A DNA stretch of 64,000 bases from Lepidodermella squamata (lineage: Eukaryota > Animalia > Gastrotricha), in assembly GCA_047495785.1 (NCBI GenBank), contig JBLDXI010000015.1, forward strand, positions 3,658,001 to 3,722,000, written 5' to 3'. Position numbers and translations under genes: made by a program. Positions within the stretch are counted from its first letter, which is position 1; the number at the start of each line of letters is the position of its first letter. The notes below the pieces were generated by a model. That model was not told where the DNA came from. It was given only the letters and a program-made list of their open reading frames with translations, and ran no database searches. Positions 1-13,292 of this stretch are shown piece after piece.

Positions 1-1227
1 ATTATAAAAAATGTGATGACTATGATTATCGACTATGATTTGCATACCTATTTGCAGCGACAGTTGATGCTGCTTTAATAAATGGGAAATTTAAATGTAA
101 ATGGAAAAAAAAATGAAAATGAAAACTGACAGCTGGTTTGATTGCCTTGAGAAGGTTCTGGTGCGGTGACAGGATTCGGCACATCACTTAAGGTTGAAGC
201 TCCATTGCTCAAAGGAGCAACCGAATCCTTTCCAGCTTCGCTCGCAGATGACGAAGCTGGTAAAGGTTCCACAGCAGGAATCGATTTCGCTTCAACAGCC
301 TGAGCTTGGCTAAAGTCAATAATTATATGAAGAATTATGTATAGCTCTGCTAAACATTTCAATCTTAAGGCTTGGTGCCCTGATTCAGTATCGATAATCG
401 TATATGAACACAGAATTAAAATTCACTCACCTATTTTCAGGGATGTTCGAGCTTACGGTTGTGGCTGCAGTTGAAGCTGCGTTTAAAAATCGGAGTTTAA
501 AGTCGAACTACAGAATGTGAAAGGAGTAACTCACAACTGGCTTGATTGTCTTCAGAATCTCCGCTTCCGGAGTCAGAATTCGGCAGCTGAGCTTCATTGA
601 CCACCGGAATGCCCTCATCAGATGACGAGGCTGGCAGAGGTTCCACAGCAGGGATCGGTTTCACTTCGAAAGTACCCTGAGCTTGCCTAATATTAAAATC
701 ATAAGGAATTTTCTTATAGCTCTGTTATAAATTCCAATCTTACGGCTTGGTGTCGTGTTTCGGTACAATAGCCTTCAGCGCATCTTCAGCTTTGTCGCTG
801 GGTTTCTCTTGCGGCTTCTTAGGCTTATTTGCGACGGCCGATTGTTCGGGTTTTTTCTCCTTTTTGTCAGCTTGGGAAGCCTTGATTATTTTCCTCAAAG
901 TTGATTCCCTTAAGGAAAAGTAATTAGAGCCGAATCTTTGCCAGTTAATTTTACTCACTTTTCTGTATCTGGCTTGCTTGGCTGCTGTACATCGGCAGGG
1001 GCTGGACCCTGTTCAGTGTTTTTATTCGGCTTGCTGTCCTTGATGATTTTCTTTGGCAAGGCTGCGGGCTTGGAATCTCCGCCATTCTCGGAATTCCGCG
1101 TCGGCGCACCTGTGATATATCGATATTACCAAATAAAATCCTTGGAGAAAACTAATTTCAAACCTTGAATAGCTACGCAAGCAATCAGCAGCAAGAACGC
1201 TGTTGCGCTGAAGGCTATAATTCTCAT
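1..1227 (-). CDS. Secreted low-complexity (Pro/Ala/Ser/Lys/Glu-rich) multi-exon protein, 3' end outside window
   Basis: ATG at 1227 gives signal peptide MRIIAFSATAFLLLIACVAIQG; several small GT-AG exons follow; exons ~537-687 and ~132-311 are diverged tandem copies (IPAVEPLPASSS). Confidence 0.7.
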
Positions 1228-2281
1228 GGTTTTTCCCTCGAAAGTGAAGCGAAATCGGATAGTTTTGTCAAAAAAATCAGCGAAAACGTTGTATTAAACT
1301 GGATCAAGACTGGCTGGCCCTTTATATAGCATGAAGTTCGTTTGCAAGCGCGTGATGAAAATGCGCTCAAGGTGCGATGATTTAGTGCAAATGTTGCGAA
1401 AACATTGTATCGAGTAAATAATGTGAACTCAGTCGAATAGCCGATGGGTGCGTTACAAGTTCGAACTGAACTGCTTTATTCTAGGTTTTTCTTGATTAAT
1501 CAGCAGTTTTTGTCTAATTCGCACGCTTTTTGAGTCTCATCCACGAACTATCCGCGGCCGGTCGTAGCCATTATAGCGTAGCGAAACGTGAACCTGCTCG
1601 CTCGAACGATAAAAACACGTGGAATAAAATTAACTGCTCTTTTATTGAAAAATTCCATAAAATGACTGTTTCAAAATTACTACAAGCACGGAATAACAAT
1701 ATTATACACCACCATAGATACTTTAAATAACAACTGAGGTTATAATAATAGCTCAACATCATTTAACAATAAATAGGTAGCTTCCATAGAGAGCTGAAGA
1801 ACAGCCTACTAGGGGCCCTACTCTAGCACTTTCTAAAAAATGCTATTGCGTAATATAATAACCCGCTCCTTTGAGGCAAAGGGTAAAGTATTAGTTTGAA
1901 AGGTAAAGAAAGGTAAAGTAGTTTGAAGCATTCTTTATCTTCATGCACAAATAATGCGTTAAAATTGGCGACACACCCTTCGACGTGAAAAGTCGTCGAA
2001 AATGGGCTATTTTTGTGAAGCTTTTCCAGCTTCAGAAGGGCACCAAGGCTGGCCGTTGAACTTCTTTAAATGTTTCAAGTTAAAGACTAGGTCTATTCAT
2101 AATAGATTCATAAATTCATCATATTTTATTTTATATTTGTTTGTCGATTTTTTGTTGGCTTTTTATAGGAAAGTATAAAAGTCGATCGCGTGGAGCCAAT
2201 TGTGTCGGTCTGAAAAATATCGAGGGTAGTTAGCAGCAATTTAGAGGGCTTACAGGCAGTGCAGGGCTATTCCAGCTCATT

Positions 2282-2355
2282 CAGGCAAGGCTCAGGTTCA
2301 GCAAGGCTCAAGGCTCAAGGGTCAGGCTCATGACGGCTCAGGCTCAGGCTCCGGG
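2282..2355 (+). repeat. Degenerate (GGCTCA)n microsatellite
   Basis: About ten imperfect GGCTCA/GGTTCA/GGGTCA units. Confidence 0.6.
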
Positions 2356-2857
2356 CTTTGTAATGCAAGGCAGAGGTCAGTTAGTTAGACGGTATGCTTA
2401 GGTTAGTAGGTCGTAGAATAACTGGTGTTAAGCTGCAGGACTTTGTCCAAAAAAGATTGTCGATGTTCGGTTTCTCGATGTCATAATTCACCTCTGAATC
2501 GTTTTTCTACCTGAATGAGATTCAAAGGTTCGACATTCTGCTGTCATTTAAAAATAGAAACTATGATCGTACCGGCATTCAAGGTCGAAGCTACAAAGCC
2601 CGTAGACATTGCCGTTTTCGCCTATTTCAATCGATGAGAAAAATACGCTCATCATGCAGTCTAAGGAAATTATATGCCTTTAAACAAAACCAGCAATGTT
2701 TGATCCGAAGTTAGGCATAATGGAAGAAAGCTATGTAGACACTGCCCTCCCACTCAAAAACTGGCGTGAGTTCATTTAAGCAAGATGTATCGCTAGCAGT
2801 TGTTTGCTAACAAAATTGATGGCTGAATAATTTTGAAAGCGTTCATATAAAATTCAG

Positions 2858-2968
2858 GAGCCATAACCTTGGACAATCGACGAGAACGTGTTTTATTCAA
2901 TCGAACCTTCTGAAGGGGATTGAGACAAACTGGGCTCCTTGGGTGTATATGATGGCAAACTGCGATTT
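2858..2968 (+). pseudogene. Relic of BMT-like exon 2 joined directly to the family upstream module
   Basis: Frameshifted similarity to RQYLWSIDENVLYSI..GIEKNWAPWVYEGKLRF coding DNA; related relics at ~5590-5656 (-), ~16838-16905 (+), ~20822-20936 (-). Confidence 0.75.
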
Positions 2969-3401
2969 AAATAGCAGTCCACATCAGAATAATCGGAGTA
3001 CTGTCCCGGGGCCCGGTGGAGACAAATCGCATTATACCAGTGAGTTCGATTACTGTACTCAGATGACGGTATTCTCCAACAAAGAGAGCTATGCAAGGGT
3101 ATGAATAAACGACCCAATGAAATATGTTTTTACTCAGCAAAATCAATCTTTTCAACAGCATGAACGAAAATGAATGAACATCAAAATATCACCGAGAGTT
3201 TTCAGCATTTCAACAAAAATAAACAGAAAAGACAAACTGAAAATTATTTTCACTAATATAATATCGTCAGGGTTGTTGAATAGCTCGAATTTGGTGTTGT
3301 TTACGGTTGAAGGTGAGAGGTGACAAGCTAACGTTGTCACCCGTCACCTTGAAAAGGATATAAACAAGTCTAAATCCGAGTTATTCAAACGATATATTTT
3401 A

Positions 3402-4967
3402 TCAAGCTCCTGGAGCGTTGCGACCTTTGAAATGGCGCTCCAAGTCCTGGTCACTCGCCACGGTTAACCACTCATTCATGGCGCTACCACTACTTGCCAG
3501 CTTCCCATCACAATTTTTTGTCTGTTGATCAGCTTCAATTGCTGATTCTGAGGAAAACCCCAAAATTGCCAATACAATAAATTAAAATAAATAGACATAC
3601 TTAATAAACTTTCGAAGCCTTGAAGCCTGCCGATGTAACAGTGATTGTCATTCAAACCTGCGCTGAATACCAGACTGTCAGGCGATTCGATAAATATACT
3701 TCTCGCATATAGGAAAGGTCGAATAATTCCCGCATCTGTTGTCGGTACCGAAAGCATCATAGCAGGGTCGAAAAGTATCGGCGTTGTGACGAGAACAACT
3801 CGTAACGTTTTAGCATTGATCAGGGTTAGTTCAGCACAATATTCTGCATCAAATAAATTTCAGCCATGTCTCAACATCTAATAGCCTTACTTCTCCCGAA
3901 TCTTTTCATTACAGCGTGAGTCATCGATAGATAGTAATCCCCGCTGTATTGGACAAGCGGCGAGCCGCCCCGGAGTACAAAACCGCCTGTGTCGATTCGG
4001 TTGCTCCCGCCAGATATGAACGTGCAGTTTAGCTTTCGCGAAGTTCCATCGGTGAATGGCTCGAAATCGCATTCCATCACCCGCATTTCTGGCGCAAACT
4101 GATATACAAACCGCAGTTTGCCTTCATACACCCAGGGAGCCCAGTTTTTCTCAATTCCATTCAGATTATCAGCCTTGATTGAATACAACACGTTCTCGTC
4201 GATTGACCAAAGATATTGCCTCCTGAACATTGATTATAAGAATATAAAAATCGGTAAACATCGATAAAAAAATACCGCCAGGTCCCTCCACCATGATTAT
4301 GTCCGTTAATAAAATTCATCAACAAATCGCCATTGATTTCTATCAATCTTGGGTCTTCGGGTCCTGTGTACAGTGTGTCCTGAACCGGGCTTGGGATCCC
4401 CAGGAAGTGCCCAGAATTTCGAATAATTCTAAGATCTTTATCTAGCTGCAACACATAGGCCGTACTATCTTGGTACCGATTCCTAACATTGCCGCCCCAA
4501 TGGTCAAGGCGGAGCCAAACTCGAAAGGCACAGTTTAGTATGCCATTTCGAGGTAGGCAGGAGACTTGGAACGGGTACGCATCACCATGAGCCATCCACT
4601 GCTCGGACCGAATGTGTTCGGCGAACATTTGTTTCACGTGATTGTTGATTGTTGGCGAGAAATTTATCAGGATCGAAGTTTCCACTTCTGCGGAACTTTC
4701 GTTTGTGACTACGGCGTTGGAACAGGCCAGTTTATTGAAATGACTGGCTCGTAGTTTGTAGGTGAAGTTAGTATCGCCTGAGCGTAGGAATCTGAACCTT
4801 CGGCTATGCGTTGAGCTCGCATTGAGGTAGTTTCCAGTTTCCTCTCGGGTTACTATGAATCGCCCAGTTTCAGTGAAGAAAAAGAAAAAAATCCCAACCA
4901 CAGCCAAAATTCCCAATGACTTGAATGCACTGTTCCGGCTGAAGTAATTGCGGCTAATCCGTAGCAT
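3402..4967 (-). CDS. BMT/GT91-like glycosyltransferase copy 1, intact, 4 exons, ~470 aa
   Basis: Exons 4967-4276, 4222-3891, 3843-3601, 3547-3402 splice in frame (1413 nt); N-terminal TM anchor; YTGPEDPRL, EKNWAPW and LRGGSP motifs. Confidence 0.8.
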
Positions 4968-5774
4968 TCTAGGTTCTGCTGGATATGTTTATTCGCGTCT
5001 TTAAGGTTTCAATTATTCAGCCATCGATTTCGTTAGAAATTATTTTCTAGCGATACATCTCGCTGAAATGAGCTCACGCCAGTTTTTGAGTGGGAGGGCA
5101 GCGTCTCTACCTAACTTTCTTTTATTATGCATAACTTCAGATCAAACATGACTGGTTTGTCTTAGCAAGGTTTTAGCGGCATATTACTACATTGAACTGC
5201 AGGTGTCAGCAGGCTTTGCTGCTGCTGCTATCTTGAATCTCGATGTTTGGATTGGGTTTGCATCAGAGAGTGGAGCCGTGAAATGGTCCAGTTTGCGTAT
5301 CGAGCTAATGCACTTTTTCCGCTCGCGCATTAGCGGAAATGCATTAGCTCGACCCAAGCAAAACCGGTCGTGGAACCGAGCTGATAAAACTGAATTGACG
5401 TGAATAATTGTGTTTGATACTTTAACAATAATAAAGCCTTTATCACTCGCATCGGTTTCAACAGAGCTGCAAAAATAGTCAACTATTGAGATATAGATTC
5501 TGATTCTACAGAAAAGCCCTACCTTTGAGATGAGACAGTGGTGCTTCGCTGAGTCGTAACTGCCTCTGATTTCTGATTCTGATCAATTAACTTCAGATTA
5601 TCAGGTTGAATTGAATACAACACGTTCTCATCGATTGTCCGAAGTTATTGGCTCCTGAATTTTATATGAGCGGAGTTTTCACGGCTTCACTTCAGTCATC
5701 GATTCCCAGCAAGCGATACATCTCACGCCAGTTAGTGAGTGGGAGGGCAGCGTCATCTCCCTATAGCCTATAGC

Positions 5775-8700
5775 CATAGACAATAATGTTACAGATCGGA
5801 CACTCACACACTTCGCATTGAAATTTAATTATGAACTTTGTACCGTGGATCGGCCATTATAAATTTGGCCGAAAAAAAGCATATCTTATAAATTCTTGGA
5901 AAAAATATCAAAAAATCAGGCATTTTTTGACGGTCATAATGGACCAAACCCTGTCGCGCGAATCGGCTTCGTTATCGGGAAAATCAATATCGAAAAATCG
6001 ATTATTTGCACCATGCGAAACTATGTTGCGTAATTATGACTCATTACTCACTCGAAGAAAAACAAGCTGTGCGAGATATTTTCATGCAAATGTTTATCAA
6101 CAACACACTTGAAATTCGACCCTTTTAGCATGCGCTCAGAGGAAATTTTCAAAGAATGAGTTCAGGATTTTCGGTTTAAAATCTTTCATCAGAAATCCAC
6201 CATGATAGCTCATTGAGATCGTTATTTTTAATTTTTAATTTTTAATTTTTTTTTAATTTTTAATTTTTAATTTTTCAATTTTAGAAACGAGCATGCGGCT
6301 CGTTAAAGTTCGATACTCGTGGTTGATTGCCTGGATGAATTCCAATACTAATCGCCAGCGAGAATTGATGAAGAAGGATTTTAGCCTAAACGACGATGAA
6401 GATCGAATATCACTTCGGCTAGCGCTTGTCGCGCGAGGCTGTCGTGTTCGCGACCTGAAGAAGAAGAAAAGGCCCTCTGGTCTAAAACTTCGCGAATTTA
6501 ACGAGAAGGAATTCGAAATTTCGATCTACAAAATTGGCGAAAAAAAGGGCCAGATTGTTGCCGAAAACTGTGATACCGAAAATTCAGCGGAGGTCGAGAA
6601 GTCTATTGATTTTAACGCATTGCCATGCCCTGCTCTCGACAACTTGGCCTCGACCAGTGCCACCGTCTCGGAAAATGAAATCCCGATTGTTCGGCGACCG
6701 GGTCGAGCAAAATATACAAGAGAACAACTCCAATCCAAGCTTAGGGTGGCTACAGTGACTTGCAGCCGAATGAGGCGGCAAATATTGTCGCTTGAAAGCA
6801 AAATTTCAAAAATACAGCAAAGACGGGATTCTCTTGGCGAGGCTGGAAAACAATTGGTTGACGAAATGGAAAAAATTGCATCAAAGCCACTACATGGACA
6901 CCGATATTCAAATTTATTCAAGGAAATGGCAACGGGTACATTTCCTATTTTTGATTTTATTTTTTTGCATTTGCAAAAATATTAGGAAAATTAGAAAAAA
7001 TCAAGTTAAATTTGGAAATGAAAATTCACAAGAATTTTTAATATATATAAAATATTCTATTAAAGTTGATTTATTAATTTTTATCAATTTTGAATATTAT
7101 ATATTATTAATAATTTTTTATCTGAATTTTTTAAATTTCAATTTGTAATATTTTCAGGCCTGCATCCATCTGCTCGGATGAAACTACGTGTCTATTTCGG
7201 GAAATGCTTGCCATCTGAGCGAACTGTCCGTCGATGGCTTGCCCAGGTTGTCGTTAAACCCGGGTTGCATCAGCTCGCCTTGTCTTTGTTGGAAGCCATT
7301 CGGTTTAAATCGCCGTCAAAGCGCCACTACGTCATCCAGATGGATGCGATGGTAATTAAGCGGGCGGAATATTTTCACTTTGGCGATGGAACGGTGCATG
7401 GCTTGGTTGATGCCGGGTCATTCAATACTTTGCCCGATGTTGAAAAGCAGCTCGGTAAACCTCCACATGAAGCTGTTGTTTTTCTAGCAGTTTCACTGTC
7501 AGGTGGTGTGTGCTACCCAGTATGCACTCTTTTGTTGGAATCTACGAGCGAATCAATTCAATCATCCGTCTTGAAAGCAATTCGTCAGGAATTTGTGACG
7601 CGAGGCTTGCATGCCATTGTTACAACGGCCGATGGCCACCGCGCAAATGTGAAGACTATGCAAGGTTTCGAGGAAATTCCGACCAACATTTTTCTACCAT
7701 TTCCAGCCGCACATGAGTCCAGTTGGTACTGGAGCCAGGACGCTACTCATTGTCTAAAGCTCATAAGAGCTTTATTTGCCAAATGGGGGATTCTTGTGTT
7801 CACGCACCATGGCAAGGTTTTTAAGGCATCGTGGCTTCACATCGTTGAATTAATTCGACTTCAAAATACTGTTGGCCTCCACCTTCGTACCAAGCTAACC
7901 AGTTCACACTTGGCATGGGCTAAGTGGCCCATGAAGGTCACACTGGCCGTTCAGATATTTAGCGGCAGTGTGGCGAATGCACTTGCTGTGCTGCGAAGCA
8001 TGCCTCAATATCAGCTGAACTTTGGCGATAGCGAGGGTACCGAGACTTTGTGCAGAATCATCAACACTCTCTGGGATTGCCTCAACCAGCGCAACCTTTC
8101 AGATGTCGAGCCGAATCGGCGTCCTGTTCGAAAGGAAACATTCCCGATCTGGAAATCGAAACTCGAAGAGGCAGTGAATGTTCTTCTCAGTCTGACGGAC
8201 GTGGTGGGCAATATGGCTATCACCAGCACATTGAGCTCTGGTGTACGCGGAATGGTTCTGGCGATTAGGACAACTACTGCTGTTGTGGAGTATCTATTGT
8301 TTAGCTGCGATGTTGCCTTTGTTGCGACCTACTATCTGCTGCAAGACAGCCTTGAGCTGCTATTTTCTTTTGCACGTCAATTTAATGGATTTGCGATGAA
8401 CCCAACACCTGAGCAGTTGCTCGCCGCTATTCGCGGCTACATGATTCAAAGACATGTTTTGGCGAAAGGCAATGTTGAAAAAACGTTGCGTTTTAACAAT
8501 GTTACGATTTTCGACTACATCAAGAAACCGCTGTATGAAGGTGACGATGCTCAGGAGGCAGTGAGTTTGAATCCTCCTTAATTTAAAAAATAGCGAAATT
8601 TTACATTTTTGGCAATTAGTTCACGAAATTTTTCAAGGCTCCAAAACCTGAAAAATTCACCAAATAATTATCCAGCCTAAAATAAGTATTGAAGCATTTT

Positions 8701-10042
8701 AAATTAATACGTTGCATAATTTTTGCATGTGAATATTTTTTTTATTCGATTATTGTTTTATAATATTTTATAATTATTTCAATATTAATATAAATTCCAG
8801 AATAAATTCATTTTAAAATAAATTTATAATGAATCTTATAAAGTAAAATTGACGAGATCGAATTGAAAAATTATTGCGAAATTCATTAGATAATTATATC
8901 GGAATTTTTCGTGAAAATTTTAAAATTTGTAAAAATTGCCATTCTAACCTTGATTTTTATTTTCCATTTCAAGGTTGCAGAGCCTCATGACTTCAATGAC
9001 TGGGATGAATTTGTAGCCCAAGATGAATTGCTTCAGAAAGGCATGCAATATGAAGCTTCGCTGCCCCTAATCGGGGAAGAAATTATCGCCAACATCGCGG
9101 GTTTTTGCGTGAAAAAACTTCTGAATGATAAGCTGAAATGCTCGGGCTGTATCGATTCTCTGATTCGAGATAGTCTTGTAACACCGTGTCGCGTAATTAA
9201 AGGCTTCAGCTTTCGAACCCACGATGGCAGGTTATGGTAAGGAAAAAGAATTGTGGAGATATTTTGCTAATTTTTTCCATCTTAGTCTGACTCGCCCATC
9301 ATTGGCGACTTATCGTATCGTTAAAACGCTGCGATCAATAATTCGAGAAAATTTGGACCACTACCTTCAAGTTTCCCTACCCATTGTTGCAATACAAGCC
9401 ACAATGTTCTACGCAGCCTCCGCCAGGCCTGTTCTCCTTGATGACCTCTGCTCTGAGGTGGACGCGGGAACTGCCCCCCACTCACATCAGTTATTTCGAT
9501 CAATTGTAGCAGTGGCGGCTGGTACATTCATCAGGCATGAATTGAAAATGCGCCAAGTCGAGATGAAACAGCCTACGAAAAGTCGAAAAGCAGCGCAAAA
9601 TCAGAACATGTAGCCGCTCAGGAGACTATTTACAGTAATTGCTGTGCGATTTACTTTAATTCCATTTTTTTCTGACTCGCTTTTAATGCTCGAAAATGTG
9701 TAATAATAAACAAGTACAAAATGGCGCCAACTGTTGTGTGTTTTAAAAGGAGAGAAACATGTGGCCACGCGAAAAAAAATGAAATAAGGACTCAACAAAT
9801 AAATTTTAATGCAAATTTTTGTTTTTCAATTTAAAAATCAACGGCATCGAATCGCGCGATGAGCCTTTGATCTTTAGAAACCTTGAAAGACGGAGATTCT
9901 TTCCATAAAAATTTCAAAATTTTTGGAGATATGCTTATTTTTCCACCTTTTAAATCAATGCATTCAAATTAGTGTGCAAATTTATGGTTTAACGACAACA
10001 GGCAAGTGCGTGAGTGTCCGATCTGTTACATCATTGTCTATG
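5775..10042 (+). mobile_element. Full-length P-superfamily DNA transposon (4268 bp)
   Basis: 39-bp TIRs CATAGACAATAATGTTACAGATCGGACACTCACACACTT (3 mismatches); 8-bp TSD CCTATAGC at 5767-5774 and 10043-10050; internal transposase. Confidence 0.95.
6293..9613 (+). CDS. P-element/THAP9-type transposase, 4 coding exons, ~876 aa
   Basis: Exons 6293-6935, 7158-8560, 8974-9230 (or 9236), 9286-9613 in frame; motifs LPSERTVRRW, QMDAM, TADG, QDATHCLKLIR, MKVTLAVQIFS, QDSLELLFS..R..NPT, IAGF..KCSGC. Confidence 0.9.
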
Positions 10043-11407
10043 CCTATAGCTATCTTTCATTACGCATAACTTGAGATCAAACATTACAGGTTTGTTTTAC
10101 GGGCATTTAACTTCTCTGGACGCATGCTTGGCGTGTTTTTCTCATCGATTGAAACGGGCGAAAAAGACAATGTCTGCGGGCTTTGCTATCTTTCATTATG
10201 CGTATAAATTCAGATCAAACATTAATGGTTTCTTTAGCAGTATATGATTCATTTTGAACGCATGCTGAGCGTTTTTTCTCATCGATTTGAACCCTCGAAA
10301 AAGACAATGTCCGCGGGCCTTGCAGTTGCTTCGATCTTGCCGGTGCGATCATAATATTTATTTTTTAATGACAATAGAATATCGAGCCTTTGAATCATTC
10401 ATAATTGGCAAACGCTCAGATGCGCTTAATATTTATGTTTTCGTTGAGCCCTTGTTGAGCACAGGTTATATATTGATTGCTCAATTACGCTAAACAAAGA
10501 ATTTAGTGGGACATTTTTCCAAAAATGGCCTGAAATTCATGAAATTTGCACATGATCTCATTTCTCACTTCAGTTCAAATGACCTGGGCATGAAAAAAAT
10601 AAAATTGATTGATTTTATTCAGGAAAAATTGATTGGAGAAAATAATAATAAATCTCCATTTTAGCGTTCGCCAATTATACTTCAATGAAATTAGCGATAT
10701 TATATTGAACTATAATTATTTTGCTATAATTAAATTCATCGCGGATTCCATACTCATATTTATCAACGCGGAAGACTTTTCTTGTTCACCGATCGCGAAC
10801 GACCTAGAAGTGCGATCAACTGGCGGCGCTCTTAGATGTTCTTTACCTAACCACAAGATCCGCCGGTTGGGCAGTAATACCCGTTTTTTTGAAAAAATCC
10901 TCGTCATGGTTTGCAAAATTCTTGGTTTCAACCAGGTTTAGCGGATAAAACCTTCAAAACCTGCAATTTTTCTCTCTTTTGCTTATAGGTTTTCCAATCG
11001 AACATCGGAATTTTTCTATTGTTCCATCGCGAACAATGGTGAGTCCCAATACGGAACAATGGTTGCGTTGGAAATGAGAGGAAAACTGAAACCTTAATTC
11101 AACCTAAAGAAGTTTCCAACATATGCCCCAATTTTTTTTCGCCACTTCCAATCGATCAGAAAAATCACTCACAGTATGGGGCCCGCAGCGAAATTACTAG
11201 CCGTTAAAACAAATCGGCATTGTTTGCTCTAAAGTTATGCATGATAAAAGATTGCTATGTTTTTGTGTGCTAGTGGGACGCTATGCTGTCCCACTAGATA
11301 CGTAGCGCCAGTTCGTTCAAACGATCTCTCTCTAGCTAACAAAATCAATTCTATCTGAGGTGAAACCTCGAAGACTCCGCTTATAAAAATATCAAGCTGA
11401 ACCTAGA

Positions 11408-12973
11408 ATGCTGCAGATTAGCTGCAATTACTTCAGCCAGAACGGCACATCCAAGTCGATAGGCCTAGGTATTTTAGCTGCTGTTGTTACTTTGTTATTT
11501 TTCGTCACTGAAAATGGCCGATTCACAAATTCAAGGCTATTCAGATTCATAACAACCCGAGACGAGATCATTTACTCGTCAAGAAACTACCTCGATTTCA
11601 GCTCTAAGCATATCGAGAAGTTTAGATTCCTACGCTCAGGCGATACTAATTTCACCTACAAACTACGAGCCAGTCATATCAACAAACTGGCCTGTTCCAA
11701 CGCCGTAGTCACAAACGAAAGTTCGGCTGAGGTGGAAACTTCGATCCTGAGAAATTTCTCGCCAACAATCAACAATCACGTGAAACAAATGTTCGCCGAA
11801 CACATTCGGTCCGAGCAGTGGATGACTAATGGTGATGCGTACCCGTTCCAAGTCTCCTGCCTACCTCGAAATGGCTTACTAACTTGTGCATTTCGAGTAT
11901 GGCTCCGACTAGACCATTGGGGCGGCAATGTTAGGAATCGGTACCAAGATAGTACGGCCTATGTGTTGCAGCTAGATGAAGATCTTAGAATTATTCGAAA
12001 TTTATGGAAAGTAGAAGCCTCAAAAACCACCAAAAAGTAAGCATCTGTTAAAGGTCAGGCTTCTTTTTAGATGAGGCTTAAATCTACTTCATCCAACACT
12101 CACATCTCATGCGGTCAGCTAACAGCAGGAGGAATACTAAGTGAGATAAAAAAAACAAAAACAGCCGAACAGGATTCAATCCGGAACTATTAAAATGTGC
12201 TAGGTATGATCGAGAAAAAACCCAAATGAATAAATCTCATCGAATTTTATTGGAATAATTGGAATAAATAAATCAAATTATCTTACTTGGTATTCCTCCT
12301 AACATCCGCATCTGGAGTGGACCTCCATGTGCGTAAAAGGGCTTTTTATCATACCTGTTAGCATGTGCACTAGGGCAGCGGAGAGAAATTAATCCACGCG
12401 ACCTATGCAAGGTAGGGCTCTGCATTTGTCAAATCGGATTTACCTAGGCTTTTAAATGAGACAGGGCACTAAACGAGGGGGTTTAGTATTTCAGAAAATA
12501 CGGTATTTCTGAAATATATTTGATGCAGAATATTGTGCTGAACTAACATTGATCAATGCGAAAACGTTACGAGTTGTGCTCGTCACAACGCCGATACTTT
12601 TCGACCCTGCAATGATGCTGTCGGTACCGACAACAGATGCTGGAATTAATCGACCTTTCCTATATGCGAGAAGTATTTTCATCGAATCACCTGACAGTTT
12701 GGTATTCAGCGCGGGTTTGAACGACAATCACTGTTATATTGGCAGGCTTCAAGGCTTCGAAAGTTTATTGAGTAAGCCAATTATTTTTAAAAATTTCTTA
12801 AATTGACCATTTTGGGGTTTTCATCAGAATCAGCAATGGAAGCTGATCAGGAAACGAAAAAATGTGATGGAAAGCTGGCAAGTAGTGGTAGCGCCATGAA
12901 TGAGTGGTTAACTGTGGCGAGTGACGAGGAACTGGAGCGCCATTTCAAAGGTCGCAACGCTCCTGGCGCTTGA
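11408..12973 (+). pseudogene. BMT-like copy 2 with internal deletion/replacement
   Basis: Matches copy 4 up to ~12001 (LRIIRN); ~500 bp of unrelated DNA then replaces the GPEDPRL segment and all of exon 2; exons 3-4 resume ~12529-12973. Confidence 0.85.
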
Positions 12974-13292
12974 TAAAATATATCGATTGAATAACTCTTG
13001 ATTGATATGATTGATTGACATGATCTATCGTTAGCGTTGGTGAATGAATCTCGGACTTGAGCTTGTGGACATCCGATTCATGGTTATGGATGTCACACAC
13101 ATATTACGCATTCGGGTCAAATTTTGTTGACGGATTATTGAAGCAGAAACCGAAACTGAGGTCCCCGTAAAAAAAGGACCAAGACAATTCAGGTGAGTAG
13201 ATATGGGCCTCGAAAAAATTAAGCCAAGCTATGACACATTACCCTAATTAAATTTGATTGAAATAGGAAAATCTGTCAAAGTCTTGCAAAGT

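Noticed and set aside
5831-6112. Short ORF as the missing THAP exon of the transposase
   Set aside because: No C2CH spacing or conserved Pro/Trp/Phe pattern, and no clear in-frame splice to 6285
13095-13205. Exon-like fragment ending in CAG|GTGAGT, repeated at ~21816-21920
   Set aside because: No coherent gene model could be built; treated as duplicated debris
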